Below, in pieces: positions 27,457 to 36,857 of a DNA stretch of 64,000 nucleotides (positions within the stretch are counted from its first letter, which is position 1; the number at the start of each line of letters is the position of its first letter). The DNA is from a virus. The stretch covers positions 1 through 64,000 of IMG/VR virus record IMGVR_UViG_3300047472_000231, one strand, 5' to 3'. The position numbers were made by a program, and so were the translations under genes. A model generated the notes under the pieces. That model had not been told where the DNA came from, made no database searches, and was given only the letters and a program-made list of their open reading frames with translations.

Positions 27457-28371
27457 ATGGCGCGCAATACGCTCGAGGCATGGATCCCAGAAGAGTGGGA
27501 GACCAGCCGCGTAGTCCAGTCCATCACCCAGATCTCCGCCGTTGAGTCGCTCGCCGCCCGCATTCCCATGGGCTCCGACACCAAGCACGTCCCCCGCACC
27601 GCGGGCATGGACGTCGCGGTCGTCGCCAAGGGCGGCACCTACGGCGAGGACACCTCCCTCAACGACGAAGTCCTGCTCTCCGCGATCAAGTTCGGCAAGG
27701 CCGCGCGCATCGCCGAAGAGGACATCGACGACTCCGTCGCCAACATCATCGAAGCGAAGATGATCGGCTGGGGTAAGTCCTACGCCAAGCTGATCGACAA
27801 CGCCAGCCTCGCCGTCAGCGCGGCCAGCAACGGCACCACGGTTCCGTTCACGTCGCTGTACCAGCTGCTGAACACCACCGACGCCACCCTCAGCTACACC
27901 GGCGGCGCGAACATCACCACCGCCGCATCCTCCGGCGCCCCGAGCTACGCGGAGTTCTCCACCGCGATCGGCAACGTCGAGTCCGGCGACTACTTCGACC
28001 CGGGCTCCATGGTCGCCATCGCGCACCCCGCGTTCCGCAAGAGCCTCCGCGGCGTCCTCGACTCCCAGAACCGGCCCATCTTCATCGAGGGCCTGTCCGG
28101 GACCCCTGACACCGTCTTCGGCGTCAACGTCCGTTGGAGCCTCGGCGCGAAGCTCACCGCGACCGCCACCTCGACGCCGACCGGGCGCGCACTCATGGCG
28201 TTCGTCAACCCCGAGCTGATGCTCCTCGGCGTCCGCTCCGGCCCCGAGTCGGTGTTCATCGACGGACGCGACGGCCTCAGCGCGCTGACCGACGAGTCGA
28301 TCCTCAAGATGCGCGCCCGCCGCGGCTGGGCCTACGGCCACCCCAACGGCGCATCCATCCTCGTCGGCTGA
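27457..28371 (+). CDS. Major capsid protein (HK97 fold)
   Basis: WIPEE...; LRGVLDSQNRPIF; strong RBS. Confidence 0.88.
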   Translation: MARNTLEAWIPEEWETSRVVQSITQISAVESLAARIPMGSDTKHVPRTAGMDVAVVAKGGTYGEDTSLNDEVLLSAIKFGKAARIAEEDIDDSVANIIEAKMIGWGKSYAKLIDNASLAVSAASNGTTVPFTSLYQLLNTTDATLSYTGGANITTAASSGAPSYAEFSTAIGNVESGDYFDPGSMVAIAHPAFRKSLRGVLDSQNRPIFIEGLSGTPDTVFGVNVRWSLGAKLTATATSTPTGRALMAFVNPELMLLGVRSGPESVFIDGRDGLSALTDESILKMRARRGWAYGHPNGASILVG

Positions 28372-28439
28372 CCATCCCTTCAATCCCCGCACCGCCCGAC
28401 GGCTCCGGGCGGTGCGGCGGACAACCAGGGAGGTGAGCC

Positions 28440-28817
28440 ATGGCAGCAGCCAAGAAGACCGCGAGCAGCAGCCGCGCCAGGCAGCACCCGGCCAAGGCCG
28501 GCGAGCCTGAGGTCGAAGTCGACGAGCGATCCCCGGACGGGTCCGAGGGCACGCGGTTCGTCAAGGAGTTCGTCGTGCTCGCCGCACGCTGGACCGACGA
28601 GGACTATCAGCACGAGGCCAACCGCGCCGGCGTCGTCAACGAGGCGATCCAGCGAGGCCTGCACCCGCGCGGCGACGTGTCCTTCGACGGCCAGGAGCAG
28701 CACCCCGACGGCCTGTCGCTGGTGCTCACCTACTCGGTGGACACGGTGCCCGCCTCCGTCGACCACCAGCCTGAGGACACCACCACGCCCCGCGACGTGA
28801 TTGACGGCGAGGGCTGA
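28440..28817 (+). CDS. Hypothetical virion protein
   Basis: GGAGGT RBS; follows the capsid gene. Confidence 0.65.
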   Translation: MAAAKKTASSSRARQHPAKAGEPEVEVDERSPDGSEGTRFVKEFVVLAARWTDEDYQHEANRAGVVNEAIQRGLHPRGDVSFDGQEQHPDGLSLVLTYSVDTVPASVDHQPEDTTTPRDVIDGEG

Positions 28818-28818
28818 C

Positions 28819-29265
28819 ATGGTCAACGCCTGGGCGACCGCGCAGGACGTCACCGACTCCACGGGAGTCACGGTGACGGATCAGCAGCTTGTCCAGGCAC
28901 AGAAAGCTGTGGAGGTCTTCAGCAATCGCATCTTCGGCGACGAGGCGCGCATGAGGACGCGAGACCTCTACTGGCTGGGTCAGGCCGTCGCCCATCAAGC
29001 AGCGTGGATCGCGGGCCAGTTCGGGCTGGAGACGCGGCTGGATGCCACGCAGATCCAGCAAGACCAGGTCTCGACCACACTGCAGGGCGACGGCCTGGTC
29101 CTCGCACCCATGGCCGCCCGCTCCCTGAAGCGCGTGTCGTGGATGCGATCCAGGACCGTGCACATCCGGTCCGCCATCGAAGGAGCTGGCCCGATCGTCG
29201 GGGATGCTCTCACGGACGGCTCCGACGATCACCTGTACTGGGCGCCGTACCGGGGCGGTGCGTGA
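28819..29265 (+). CDS. Head-tail adaptor
   Basis: WATAQDV...QAVAHQAAW; synteny. Confidence 0.65.
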   Translation: MVNAWATAQDVTDSTGVTVTDQQLVQAQKAVEVFSNRIFGDEARMRTRDLYWLGQAVAHQAAWIAGQFGLETRLDATQIQQDQVSTTLQGDGLVLAPMAARSLKRVSWMRSRTVHIRSAIEGAGPIVGDALTDGSDDHLYWAPYRGGA

Positions 29266-29597
29266 TGCCCGTCGCTATCGCCACCACCAGCATCGCCATC
29301 CTGCGCGGCACCACCACCGACGCCTACGGCGACGAGCAGGACACCGACACCCCCATCTACACAGGGATCCCGGCCAGCCTGACCGAACAGTCCCGGCGGG
29401 TTACCACCAGCGACGACCCCACCCCGCGGATCGTCCGCTACGCCGTCGCCCGCGTGGCCGCTGGAACGGACGTCACCGATCAGGACCGGGTGCGTGACGA
29501 ACGGACCGGCGCCGTGTACATCGTCGACGCCGTCTCATCGATGGCCAACCCAGCACTCACCGCAGACCTACGGCTCGACCTGCGGCGCACCACCTAA
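29265..29597 (+). CDS. Head closure (stopper) protein
   Basis: TTDAYGDE...QDRVRDERTGAVYIV; synteny. Confidence 0.65.
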   Translation: MPVAIATTSIAILRGTTTDAYGDEQDTDTPIYTGIPASLTEQSRRVTTSDDPTPRIVRYAVARVAAGTDVTDQDRVRDERTGAVYIVDAVSSMANPALTADLRLDLRRTT

Positions 29598-29667
29598 CCG
29601 AACACGGCCACACGCCCGGGGAGACCAGGCAGGCCAGCACGACCACCCACCGGAGAGGAGGGCGGCC

Positions 29668-30039
29668 ATGGCACGATCCCGCATGCGGATCGACCCGTCC
29701 GCACGCACGCACGTCGACGCCGCCATCAACCGGTGGCTCGAAGTAGACATTGGCCGCCCCATTCTCGGTGACGCCCAGAACTACGTGCACAAGCGCAGCG
29801 GACGGCTCCATGATTCGCTGCGGGCCGAGGTCCACGACAAGGTGCTGCGCGTCGGCTCGCTGGACTGCAACTACGCCACCGACGTCGAGATGGGTACCAG
29901 CGCCCACGTCATCAGGCCGACCAACAAGAAGGCCTTGTTCTGGCCCGGCGCCGACCACCCCGTCGCCAAGGTCAACCACCCCGGCACCCCGCCGTTCCCG
30001 TACCTCCGCCCGGCCCTGTTCCAGCGGAGGACCGCGTGA
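29668..30039 (+). CDS. HK97 gp10-like neck protein
   Basis: SGRLHDSL...YATDVEMGT...HPGT...PYLRPAL. Confidence 0.75.
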   Translation: MARSRMRIDPSARTHVDAAINRWLEVDIGRPILGDAQNYVHKRSGRLHDSLRAEVHDKVLRVGSLDCNYATDVEMGTSAHVIRPTNKKALFWPGADHPVAKVNHPGTPPFPYLRPALFQRRTA

Positions 30040-30485
30040 GCCTCCTGCTGCGCGCCAACCATGAGCTGGTCACGATCGCCTGGCTGAAGACCGTCGTTGG
30101 CGACCGCGTCTCCATGACCCTCCCCAAGGACAACAGCAGCTGGGCGGCGTCCGGGTTCTGCACGATCGACACCGTCGGCGGCACCCCCAACATGTACGTC
30201 CCACTGCGTGAGCCCGTCATGTCCGTCGACTGCTGGGCCTTCAACCCCGGCAGCCAGAAGCCCCCGTGGAACAAGGCGTCGACGCTCGCGCAGGCCATTC
30301 AGGCTGCCTGCTGGGACCACCGCGGAATTCCGCAGACCGTCACCCTGCCCGCCGGATACCCCGCGGTGCAGGTGCGGTCTGCGTACTGCACCGGAGACCC
30401 GCGCCGCATCCCCGACGACCCTTCGTCCTACGCCCGGTACACCATCCCCGGCCTCGCCATCGCCTGGGTGGAGGTGCCGTCATGA
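30036..30485 (+). CDS. Tail terminator protein
   Basis: Synteny; MSVDCWA motif. Confidence 0.65.
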   Translation: MSLLLRANHELVTIAWLKTVVGDRVSMTLPKDNSSWAASGFCTIDTVGGTPNMYVPLREPVMSVDCWAFNPGSQKPPWNKASTLAQAIQAACWDHRGIPQTVTLPAGYPAVQVRSAYCTGDPRRIPDDPSSYARYTIPGLAIAWVEVPS

Positions 30486-30706
30486 GCCGCTACGCCCTCC
30501 AAGGCGCCCTCAGCCGGGACCTCCTCACGTGGAACGGCAAGGTCCTCGTCCACGACGACCGGGCCGAGATGGAGTTCCTGGTCACCGGAGACGTCCGCGT
30601 CATCGACTGCCCCCGCGACATTCCGCCCGAGCAGACCATCGAGATCCGCTTCCACCCCAACTTCGCCTCCGTGACGTGGCCATTGACCAAGGAGCAGTTC
30701 CGGTGA
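30482..30706 (+). CDS. Small hypothetical protein
   Basis: GGAGG RBS, ATGA coupling. Confidence 0.6.
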   Translation: MSRYALQGALSRDLLTWNGKVLVHDDRAEMEFLVTGDVRVIDCPRDIPPEQTIEIRFHPNFASVTWPLTKEQFR

Positions 30707-30879
30707 CCCACACCATCGCTACGACCATGCAGCCCGACAAGCCCATCGAGGTCGACGACGCCGAATACGTCGACCTCAAGCGCCAGGGCCTCGTCCTCGT
30801 CGACCACACCGAGCAGGCCGCGGCACCCGCCCCGGCCACCAAGAAGGCCGCTACGCCGGCCACCAGCAAGGAGGGCTGA
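30703..30879 (+). CDS. Small virion-associated protein
   Basis: AAGGAG RBS, coupling. Confidence 0.55.
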   Translation: MTHTIATTMQPDKPIEVDDAEYVDLKRQGLVLVDHTEQAAAPAPATKKAATPATSKEG

Positions 30880-30882
30880 CCC

Positions 30883-31446
30883 GTGGCGGTCACCGCAACC
30901 AACCTCGTTCAGGGCCCGGCCACGCTGTACAGCGGAGCCTTCGGCGCCCTCGAGCCCACCGACGCCACCGTCAACACGACGCCCGCGGCCTCCAGCTGGA
31001 CGGACGTCGGCGGCACCCAGGACGGCGTCAAGCTGACCATCGACCAGTCCTACACGGAGCTGGAAGTCGACCAGGTCGTCGACCGCGTCGGCAGCCGCCT
31101 CACCAAGCGGGACTTCACCGTCGAGACGAGCATGGCGGAGCCCACCCTCGCGAACCTGTCGCTCGCCCTCAATGGCGGCACCAGCGCCTCGGCCGCAGGC
31201 TACGCGAGCTTCGAACCCAGCTTCGCGAGCTCGGCGACGCAGCCCACCTATAAGGCGTTGCTGTTCGACGGCTGGGCCCCGGGCGGCACGTTCACGAGGC
31301 GCGTCATCGTCCGCAAGGCCCTGTCCACGGACGCCGTCGAGCTTGCCTACACCAAGGACAAGCAGACCTTGTACGGCGTCAAGTTCTCCGGCCACTACGT
31401 GACCGCGTCGATCGCGCCCATCCACATCGTCGACCAGACCAGCTAG
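30883..31446 (+). CDS. Major tail protein
   Basis: WTDVGGTQDGVKL...MAEPTLANL. Confidence 0.8.
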   Translation: MAVTATNLVQGPATLYSGAFGALEPTDATVNTTPAASSWTDVGGTQDGVKLTIDQSYTELEVDQVVDRVGSRLTKRDFTVETSMAEPTLANLSLALNGGTSASAAGYASFEPSFASSATQPTYKALLFDGWAPGGTFTRRVIVRKALSTDAVELAYTKDKQTLYGVKFSGHYVTASIAPIHIVDQTS

Positions 31447-31484
31447 CCGACGCCTGTCCCTGCACGTATCGAGGAGCACCACCC

Positions 31485-31880
31485 ATGGCATCCACCACCG
31501 CACGTACCCGCCAGACCGCCGCGGCCCGGAAGCGGGCCGCGGCCAAGCCCGCCCCAGTCGACGAGGAGTTCGAGCTCGTCGAACTCTCCAGCTCCGTCGA
31601 CGAAGAGGAGCGCGTCGGCTTGTTCTCCATCGACGGCACGATCTACACGATCCCCAAGGTCGTACCGCAGGGCGTCTCCCTGGAGTTCGTGAGGATCGGC
31701 CGCGAGTACGGCGAGGAAGCCGCCGCTGTCCGTCTGCTGGAGCGGCTTCTCGGCCCGGAGCCGTACAAGGCGCTGGAGCAGTGTCCGACGCTGGATGACA
31801 AGAAGATGCAGAAGATCCTCGACATGGCGCAGAAGATCGCGTTCGGGAAGGCCGAGGTTAAGGGGGGAAAAGCGGGCTGA
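31485..31880 (+). CDS. Tail assembly chaperone (gpG-like)
   Basis: Between the major tail and tape measure genes; slippery G-GGA-AAA at 31865-31871. Confidence 0.8.
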   Translation: MASTTARTRQTAAARKRAAAKPAPVDEEFELVELSSSVDEEERVGLFSIDGTIYTIPKVVPQGVSLEFVRIGREYGEEAAAVRLLERLLGPEPYKALEQCPTLDDKKMQKILDMAQKIAFGKAEVKGGKAG

Positions 31881-32224
31881 CCTGGACGGTCGGGCTGGCC
31901 GAACGGCTGGAACAGATCGTATGGGTCCTCGACCACCAGGGCGATATCGACGCCGACTTCCTCGCGATCTACGGCATCGACCTCTATGAGCAAGAGGTCG
32001 ACGGGCCCCGCTACTTCGCCCTCGCCCACCGGCTGACCGCCTACCAGGGCGTGATGACCGCCCGCGTCGACCAAGAGCAAGACCAGACCAGCAGCACAAC
32101 CACCCGCACCAGTAGCACCCAGCCCGCCCAACAGGGCGGCGGCGAGAACCGTGAGGTCTCGCTGACGGCGTTCCGGGTCATGTTCCCCGGAATCGTGAGC
32201 GGAGGAAGCGCAGGTGGCGGGTAG
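31865..32224 (+). CDS. -1 frameshift extension of the tail chaperone (gpGT-like)
   Basis: -1 frame is open from the slippery site: ...IVWVLDHQGDIDADFLAIYGIDL...LTAYQGVM...; stop at 32222-32224. Confidence 0.75.
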   Translation, partial: GKSGLTWTVGLAERLEQIVWVLDHQGDIDADFLAIYGIDLYEQEVDGPRYFALAHRLTAYQGVMTARVDQEQDQTSSTTTRTSSTQPAQQGGGENREVSLTAFRVMFPGIVSGGSAGGG

Positions 32225-35200
32225 CTTTCGCATAGCCGAGGGATACGTCGAGGTCAGTGCCGACGAGTCCGCCTACGACCGCGCCATGGCCCGCCTCAAG
32301 TCCAAGGACCAGCGGATCAAGGTCGGTGTCGACCTCGACGACCGGGCTGCCCTCGCCAAGCTGGACCGCCTCGCCCGCGAGCGCATCATCACCGCCAAGA
32401 TCAAGGTCGACGAGACGGCACTGTCCCGCCTCCGTCTGCGAGACCTCGACGTCACCGTCACGCCGAAGATGAACGACACGGCCCTCCGCCGCGTACAGGC
32501 GCAGTTGGACCGGCTCACCGCCGACCGCGTGGTCAACATCCGAGCGAGCGTGGACACCCGGGTCGCCGCGGCAGAGATCCGCAACCTCATCCAGCGCCGT
32601 CAGGTCCGCATCGGCGTCGACGTCGACACCCGGGTCGCCGCCGATGAGATCAACAACCTGACCCGGCGACGCACCGCACGCATCGTCGCCGACGCCGACA
32701 CGGCAGCTGCACGTGCTCGCCTCGACGCCCTGGCCCGCGACCGCCACGCCAACGTGCGCGTAGACGTCGACCGGTCCGCACTGTCCAGCCTCGGAGGAGG
32801 CGGGGGAGGACTTGGCGGGCTCGTCTCAAGCCTGACCAGCCTCTCCAGCATCGCCGTCGGCGCACTGCCCACCGTGGCATCCCTGGGGCAGGCCATCATC
32901 CAGATGGGGCCCGCCGCAGCCGTCGCCGCGCCCGCCGTGCTGTCGCTCGGCGCAGCCTTCACCGCAATCAAGATCGGCACCAGCGGTATCGGGGACGCGT
33001 TCAAGGCGGCGTTCGCGCCGGCCACAGCCAGCGCGGGCGCGGCCACCAAGAGCATCCGGCAGGTCGAGAACGCGCAGCGCTCCCTCGCCAAGGCCCAGCA
33101 GGGCGTGAAGGACGCCGAGGTCAACGCCGCTGCGGCACGGGTGCAGGCGGCCCGGCAGATCGAGGACGCGCAGCGCTCCCTCAAGTCGACCGTCTCGGAT
33201 GTGGCGGACGCCAACCGGCGCGCAGCCGAGCAGGTCGCGCAGGCCGAGCAGGATCTCACCGACGCCCAGAAGTCGGCCCGGCAGGCACAACTGGACCTGA
33301 CCGCGGCCCGCAAGGACGCTGCCCGCCAGCTCGAAGACCTCGCCAACCAGCAGAAGGATGTAGAGCTCGACCGGCGCGAGGGAGTCCTCCGCGTTCAGGA
33401 TGCCCAGGACGAGCTGAACAAGACGCTCGCCGACCCGAAGGCCACCCAGCAGCAGCGGGCCGAGGCGCAGCTCACCTACGACGAAGCGGTCCAGCACCTG
33501 CAGGAGGTTCAGCTCCAGCAGGATCGGCTGACGAAGGATGCGGCCGACGCGAACAAGGCCGGCGTCGAGGGCTCGAAGCAGGTCACGGACGCCAAGGCCA
33601 AGGTTGCCGACGCCAACCAGACGATCTCCGACAAGACCCGGGCGTTGAAGGACGCGGAGATTGAGGCGTCCCGCACGCAGGTTGAGGGCGCACAGAAGGT
33701 CGCCGACGCCGAACGCGCGGTCGCTGACGCCCGCGAGGCGGCCCGCAAGGCAGCCGTCGACGGTGCACGGCAGATCGCCGACGCGCAGGCCGCCGTCGCG
33801 GACGCGGCCCGCGCCATGGCCGACGCACAGACGTCCGGTGCTGCGGCGACGAACAAGGTCGGCACGGCCCTGGCGAAGCTCGCACCAAACGCGCGGGCCT
33901 TTGTCGACGCGGTCCTCGCCCAGCGGGAGGCCTGGCGCGGCCTCAAGCTCGACGTGCAGAACGCCCTGTTCGCCGGGCTCGGGCAGACGTTCACGACTAT
34001 GTCGGCGGCCATCCTGCCGTCGCTGCGCACGGGCCTGACCGGCACGGCAACCATCCTCAACCAGACGGCGAAGAACGCCGCGAGCGCAGTCACCGAGCTC
34101 GGCAAGACGGGGATGCTGCGACGGTTGTTCGATGGCCTCAACGAGGGGATGAAGCCGCTCACGCGGATCCCGGGTCAGTTCATCACCGGCCTCACGCAGA
34201 TCTCCGTAGCCGCCTCGCCCGCGTTCAAGCGGCTCACCACCGCGGCGGGCGGAGTCGCCGACACCATCTCGAAGAAGCTCGGCGACGCGTTCAAGAGCGG
34301 CCGGATGGCCGACGCCATCAACACCGCCGTAGGCATCGCCAAACAGTTCGGGCGCCTGATCGCGGACATCGCCGGAACGATCGGCAACGTACTGAAGGCA
34401 GCCGCAGCCGGCGGCGGGGACGCCCTCGGCGCGATAGGCGAGGCCTTCAAAGAGCTCCGCAAAATCACCGCCATGCCGGAAGTGCAGAAGGCCCTCACGA
34501 GCATCTTCACGGCGATCAACTCCATCGCGAAGCTGCTGGCTGGCACGCTCGGCGCGGTGATTCAGGCGGCACTCCCACTGCTCGCCGCACTCGCGCCCGT
34601 CGTAACCGAACTCGCCCAGAAGTTCGCGCCGGTGCTGGCCGATCTGGCGACATCGCTGGGCAAAGCCCTGATGCCGATCATCGAAGCGCTGCTGCCCGTG
34701 GTGAAGGACGTCGGTGGCGTCCTCGTCGGCCTGGTGCAGGCGGTCATGCCGCTGCTGCAGCCCATCGGCAACTTGATCGCCACCGTCGTCAAGGCGATCG
34801 CACCGTTCATCAAGACCCTGCTCGACGCCCTCGTCCCGTTCGTCGCCATGCTGGCCCAGGCCCTCGTGCCGATCTTCGCCGCGCTGCTGCCAGCGGTTCA
34901 GCTGGTGGGCCAGTTCCTTGCCGCGATGGCCCCGCTGTTCCCGCAGCTGCTGACGGCGCTGACGCCGCTACTTCCGCCGCTCGGGCAGCTCATTACGGCG
35001 CTGCTGCAGCTGGCAATGCAGGTGATTACTCCGCTGATGCCGCTGGTCACCGGTCTGGCGACGTTGCTGGCGACCGTGCTGGCTGGGGCGGTCAACCTGC
35101 TGGTGCCCGTCATTACGACGGTGATCGGCTGGCTCACGGCCCTCGCCGACGGGGTGAAGAAGGTTGTGGGCTGGATTGTTGACGCCTTCCAGTGGCTGTA

Positions 35201-36857
35201 CGACAAGCTCGTCGGGCACAGCATCATCCCGGATATGGTGCGGGCGATCATCTCGTGGTTCGGGTCGCTGTGGACCGGCACGAAGAAGATCTTTACCGAC
35301 CTGAAGAACTGGGTCGTGAGCACGTGGAACAGCCTGTGGGATGGCGTGCGCACGAAGTGGAACAGCTTCTGGTCCGGTCTGAAGTCGGCGATCTCCGGGG
35401 CGTGGACGACCGTGCGGAACGGCGTGTCCGACCTCAAGAACGGCGTCACGAACACGTGGAATAACCTCTGGAATGGGGCCCGCGACAAGATCTCGTCGAT
35501 CTTCTCCACGATCAACGGGAAGATCAGCACGTTCAAGTCCAGCATGAAGACGGCGTTCTCAACCTTGCGCGACAGCCTGGGAACGATCTGGGACGGCGTG
35601 AAGTCGAAGATCGCCTCACCGGTCCGGTTCGTTGTGAACTCGGTCTACAACAACGGCATCCGCAAAATGTGGAACTCCATCGCCGGAAAGATCTCCAGCA
35701 AAATCACGCTGCCTCCGGTTCCCCTCAACTTCAACACCGGCGGCGTCGTCCCCGGCTCCGGGAACAAAGACACCGTCCCCGCAATGCTCACCCCCGGCGA
35801 ACGCATCCTCTCCAACAGCCAAGTCGCCGCACTCGGCGGCCACCGCGGCATCGACGCCATGCTCGGCACAGACCGCCCCACCAAGACCGGCGGCAACCCG
35901 ACCAGCCAGCAAGAACGCAAACGCCAGCAGGCCACACCCCACTTCGGGCACGGCGGCATCGCCGGGACCATCGGGACCATCGGCAGCGCCATCGGAGGCG
36001 CCGTCAGCTCCGCCGCCTCCTGGACGAAAGACCTCGTCCTCGGCGGGCTGAAGGCCGCCGCGCAGAAGGCGCTCTCGGCTCTCGTCCGGCCGCTCATCAA
36101 CCAGATCCCGGGCAGTGGCATCGGCAACCTGATGCGCGGGCTGAGCAACAAGGCCGTCGACGGGATGTTGTCCTGGTTCACCACCGAGGACAAGAAGGCA
36201 GTCGGCGGCCCCGCCGTACAGCGGGCGTTGTCGTGGGTGAAGACGCAGAACGGGCTGCCCTATCAGTGGGCCGGCAACGGGAACCCCAGCTGGGACTGCA
36301 GCGGTCTGATGAGCGCCATCGAGTCCGTGATCCGCGGAGAGCACCCGCATCGCCGGTGGGCAACGGGTGCGTTCTCCGGATCGAGCGGCCCGCCCGGCTG
36401 GGTCCGCAACCTGAACTCACCATTTGAAATCGGGATCACGAATGCGGGAGTCGGGCACACCGCGGGCACTCTTGCCGGAATGAACGTCGAAAGCAGCGGC
36501 GGGCGCGGCGTCCACATGGGCAAGAGCGCCCGCGGCTACAACGACAGCCTGTTCACCTCGCGCTGGGGGTTCGCCCCGGCCGCCAAGTTCGACAGCGGCG
36601 GGTTGTTGCAGCCCGGGGCGACGATGTCCGTCAACGCCACCGGCCGCCCCGAGCGGGTCCTGTCGGCGGACCACACGGCCAAGCTCGACGCGATGCTGGC
36701 CAGCTCCGGCGCGGGCGGCCCGGTCACCATCCAGGAGATCAACATCAGTGGGACGTTCGACTTCTCCAGCCCCGCTAGCCGTCGGGCCGCCGCGAACGCG
36801 ATGGTCGCCGAGATGAAGGAAGCCATCCGTCTCTACGACAAGGCGAGGGCCCGATGA
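32214..36857 (+). CDS. Tape measure protein with C-terminal NlpC/P60-like domain
   Basis: 1547 aa; coiled coil, amphipathic repeats, PYQWAG...WDCSGL...GHT. Confidence 0.9.
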   Translation: MAGSFRIAEGYVEVSADESAYDRAMARLKSKDQRIKVGVDLDDRAALAKLDRLARERIITAKIKVDETALSRLRLRDLDVTVTPKMNDTALRRVQAQLDRLTADRVVNIRASVDTRVAAAEIRNLIQRRQVRIGVDVDTRVAADEINNLTRRRTARIVADADTAAARARLDALARDRHANVRVDVDRSALSSLGGGGGGLGGLVSSLTSLSSIAVGALPTVASLGQAIIQMGPAAAVAAPAVLSLGAAFTAIKIGTSGIGDAFKAAFAPATASAGAATKSIRQVENAQRSLAKAQQGVKDAEVNAAAARVQAARQIEDAQRSLKSTVSDVADANRRAAEQVAQAEQDLTDAQKSARQAQLDLTAARKDAARQLEDLANQQKDVELDRREGVLRVQDAQDELNKTLADPKATQQQRAEAQLTYDEAVQHLQEVQLQQDRLTKDAADANKAGVEGSKQVTDAKAKVADANQTISDKTRALKDAEIEASRTQVEGAQKVADAERAVADAREAARKAAVDGARQIADAQAAVADAARAMADAQTSGAAATNKVGTALAKLAPNARAFVDAVLAQREAWRGLKLDVQNALFAGLGQTFTTMSAAILPSLRTGLTGTATILNQTAKNAASAVTELGKTGMLRRLFDGLNEGMKPLTRIPGQFITGLTQISVAASPAFKRLTTAAGGVADTISKKLGDAFKSGRMADAINTAVGIAKQFGRLIADIAGTIGNVLKAAAAGGGDALGAIGEAFKELRKITAMPEVQKALTSIFTAINSIAKLLAGTLGAVIQAALPLLAALAPVVTELAQKFAPVLADLATSLGKALMPIIEALLPVVKDVGGVLVGLVQAVMPLLQPIGNLIATVVKAIAPFIKTLLDALVPFVAMLAQALVPIFAALLPAVQLVGQFLAAMAPLFPQLLTALTPLLPPLGQLITALLQLAMQVITPLMPLVTGLATLLATVLAGAVNLLVPVITTVIGWLTALADGVKKVVGWIVDAFQWLYDKLVGHSIIPDMVRAIISWFGSLWTGTKKIFTDLKNWVVSTWNSLWDGVRTKWNSFWSGLKSAISGAWTTVRNGVSDLKNGVTNTWNNLWNGARDKISSIFSTINGKISTFKSSMKTAFSTLRDSLGTIWDGVKSKIASPVRFVVNSVYNNGIRKMWNSIAGKISSKITLPPVPLNFNTGGVVPGSGNKDTVPAMLTPGERILSNSQVAALGGHRGIDAMLGTDRPTKTGGNPTSQQERKRQQATPHFGHGGIAGTIGTIGSAIGGAVSSAASWTKDLVLGGLKAAAQKALSALVRPLINQIPGSGIGNLMRGLSNKAVDGMLSWFTTEDKKAVGGPAVQRALSWVKTQNGLPYQWAGNGNPSWDCSGLMSAIESVIRGEHPHRRWATGAFSGSSGPPGWVRNLNSPFEIGITNAGVGHTAGTLAGMNVESSGGRGVHMGKSARGYNDSLFTSRWGFAPAAKFDSGGLLQPGATMSVNATGRPERVLSADHTAKLDAMLASSGAGGPVTIQEINISGTFDFSSPASRRAAANAMVAEMKEAIRLYDKARAR

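Noticed and set aside
33000-35600. Repetitive Ala/Gln and Leu/Pro periodicity
   Set aside because: Normal tape measure protein repeats.
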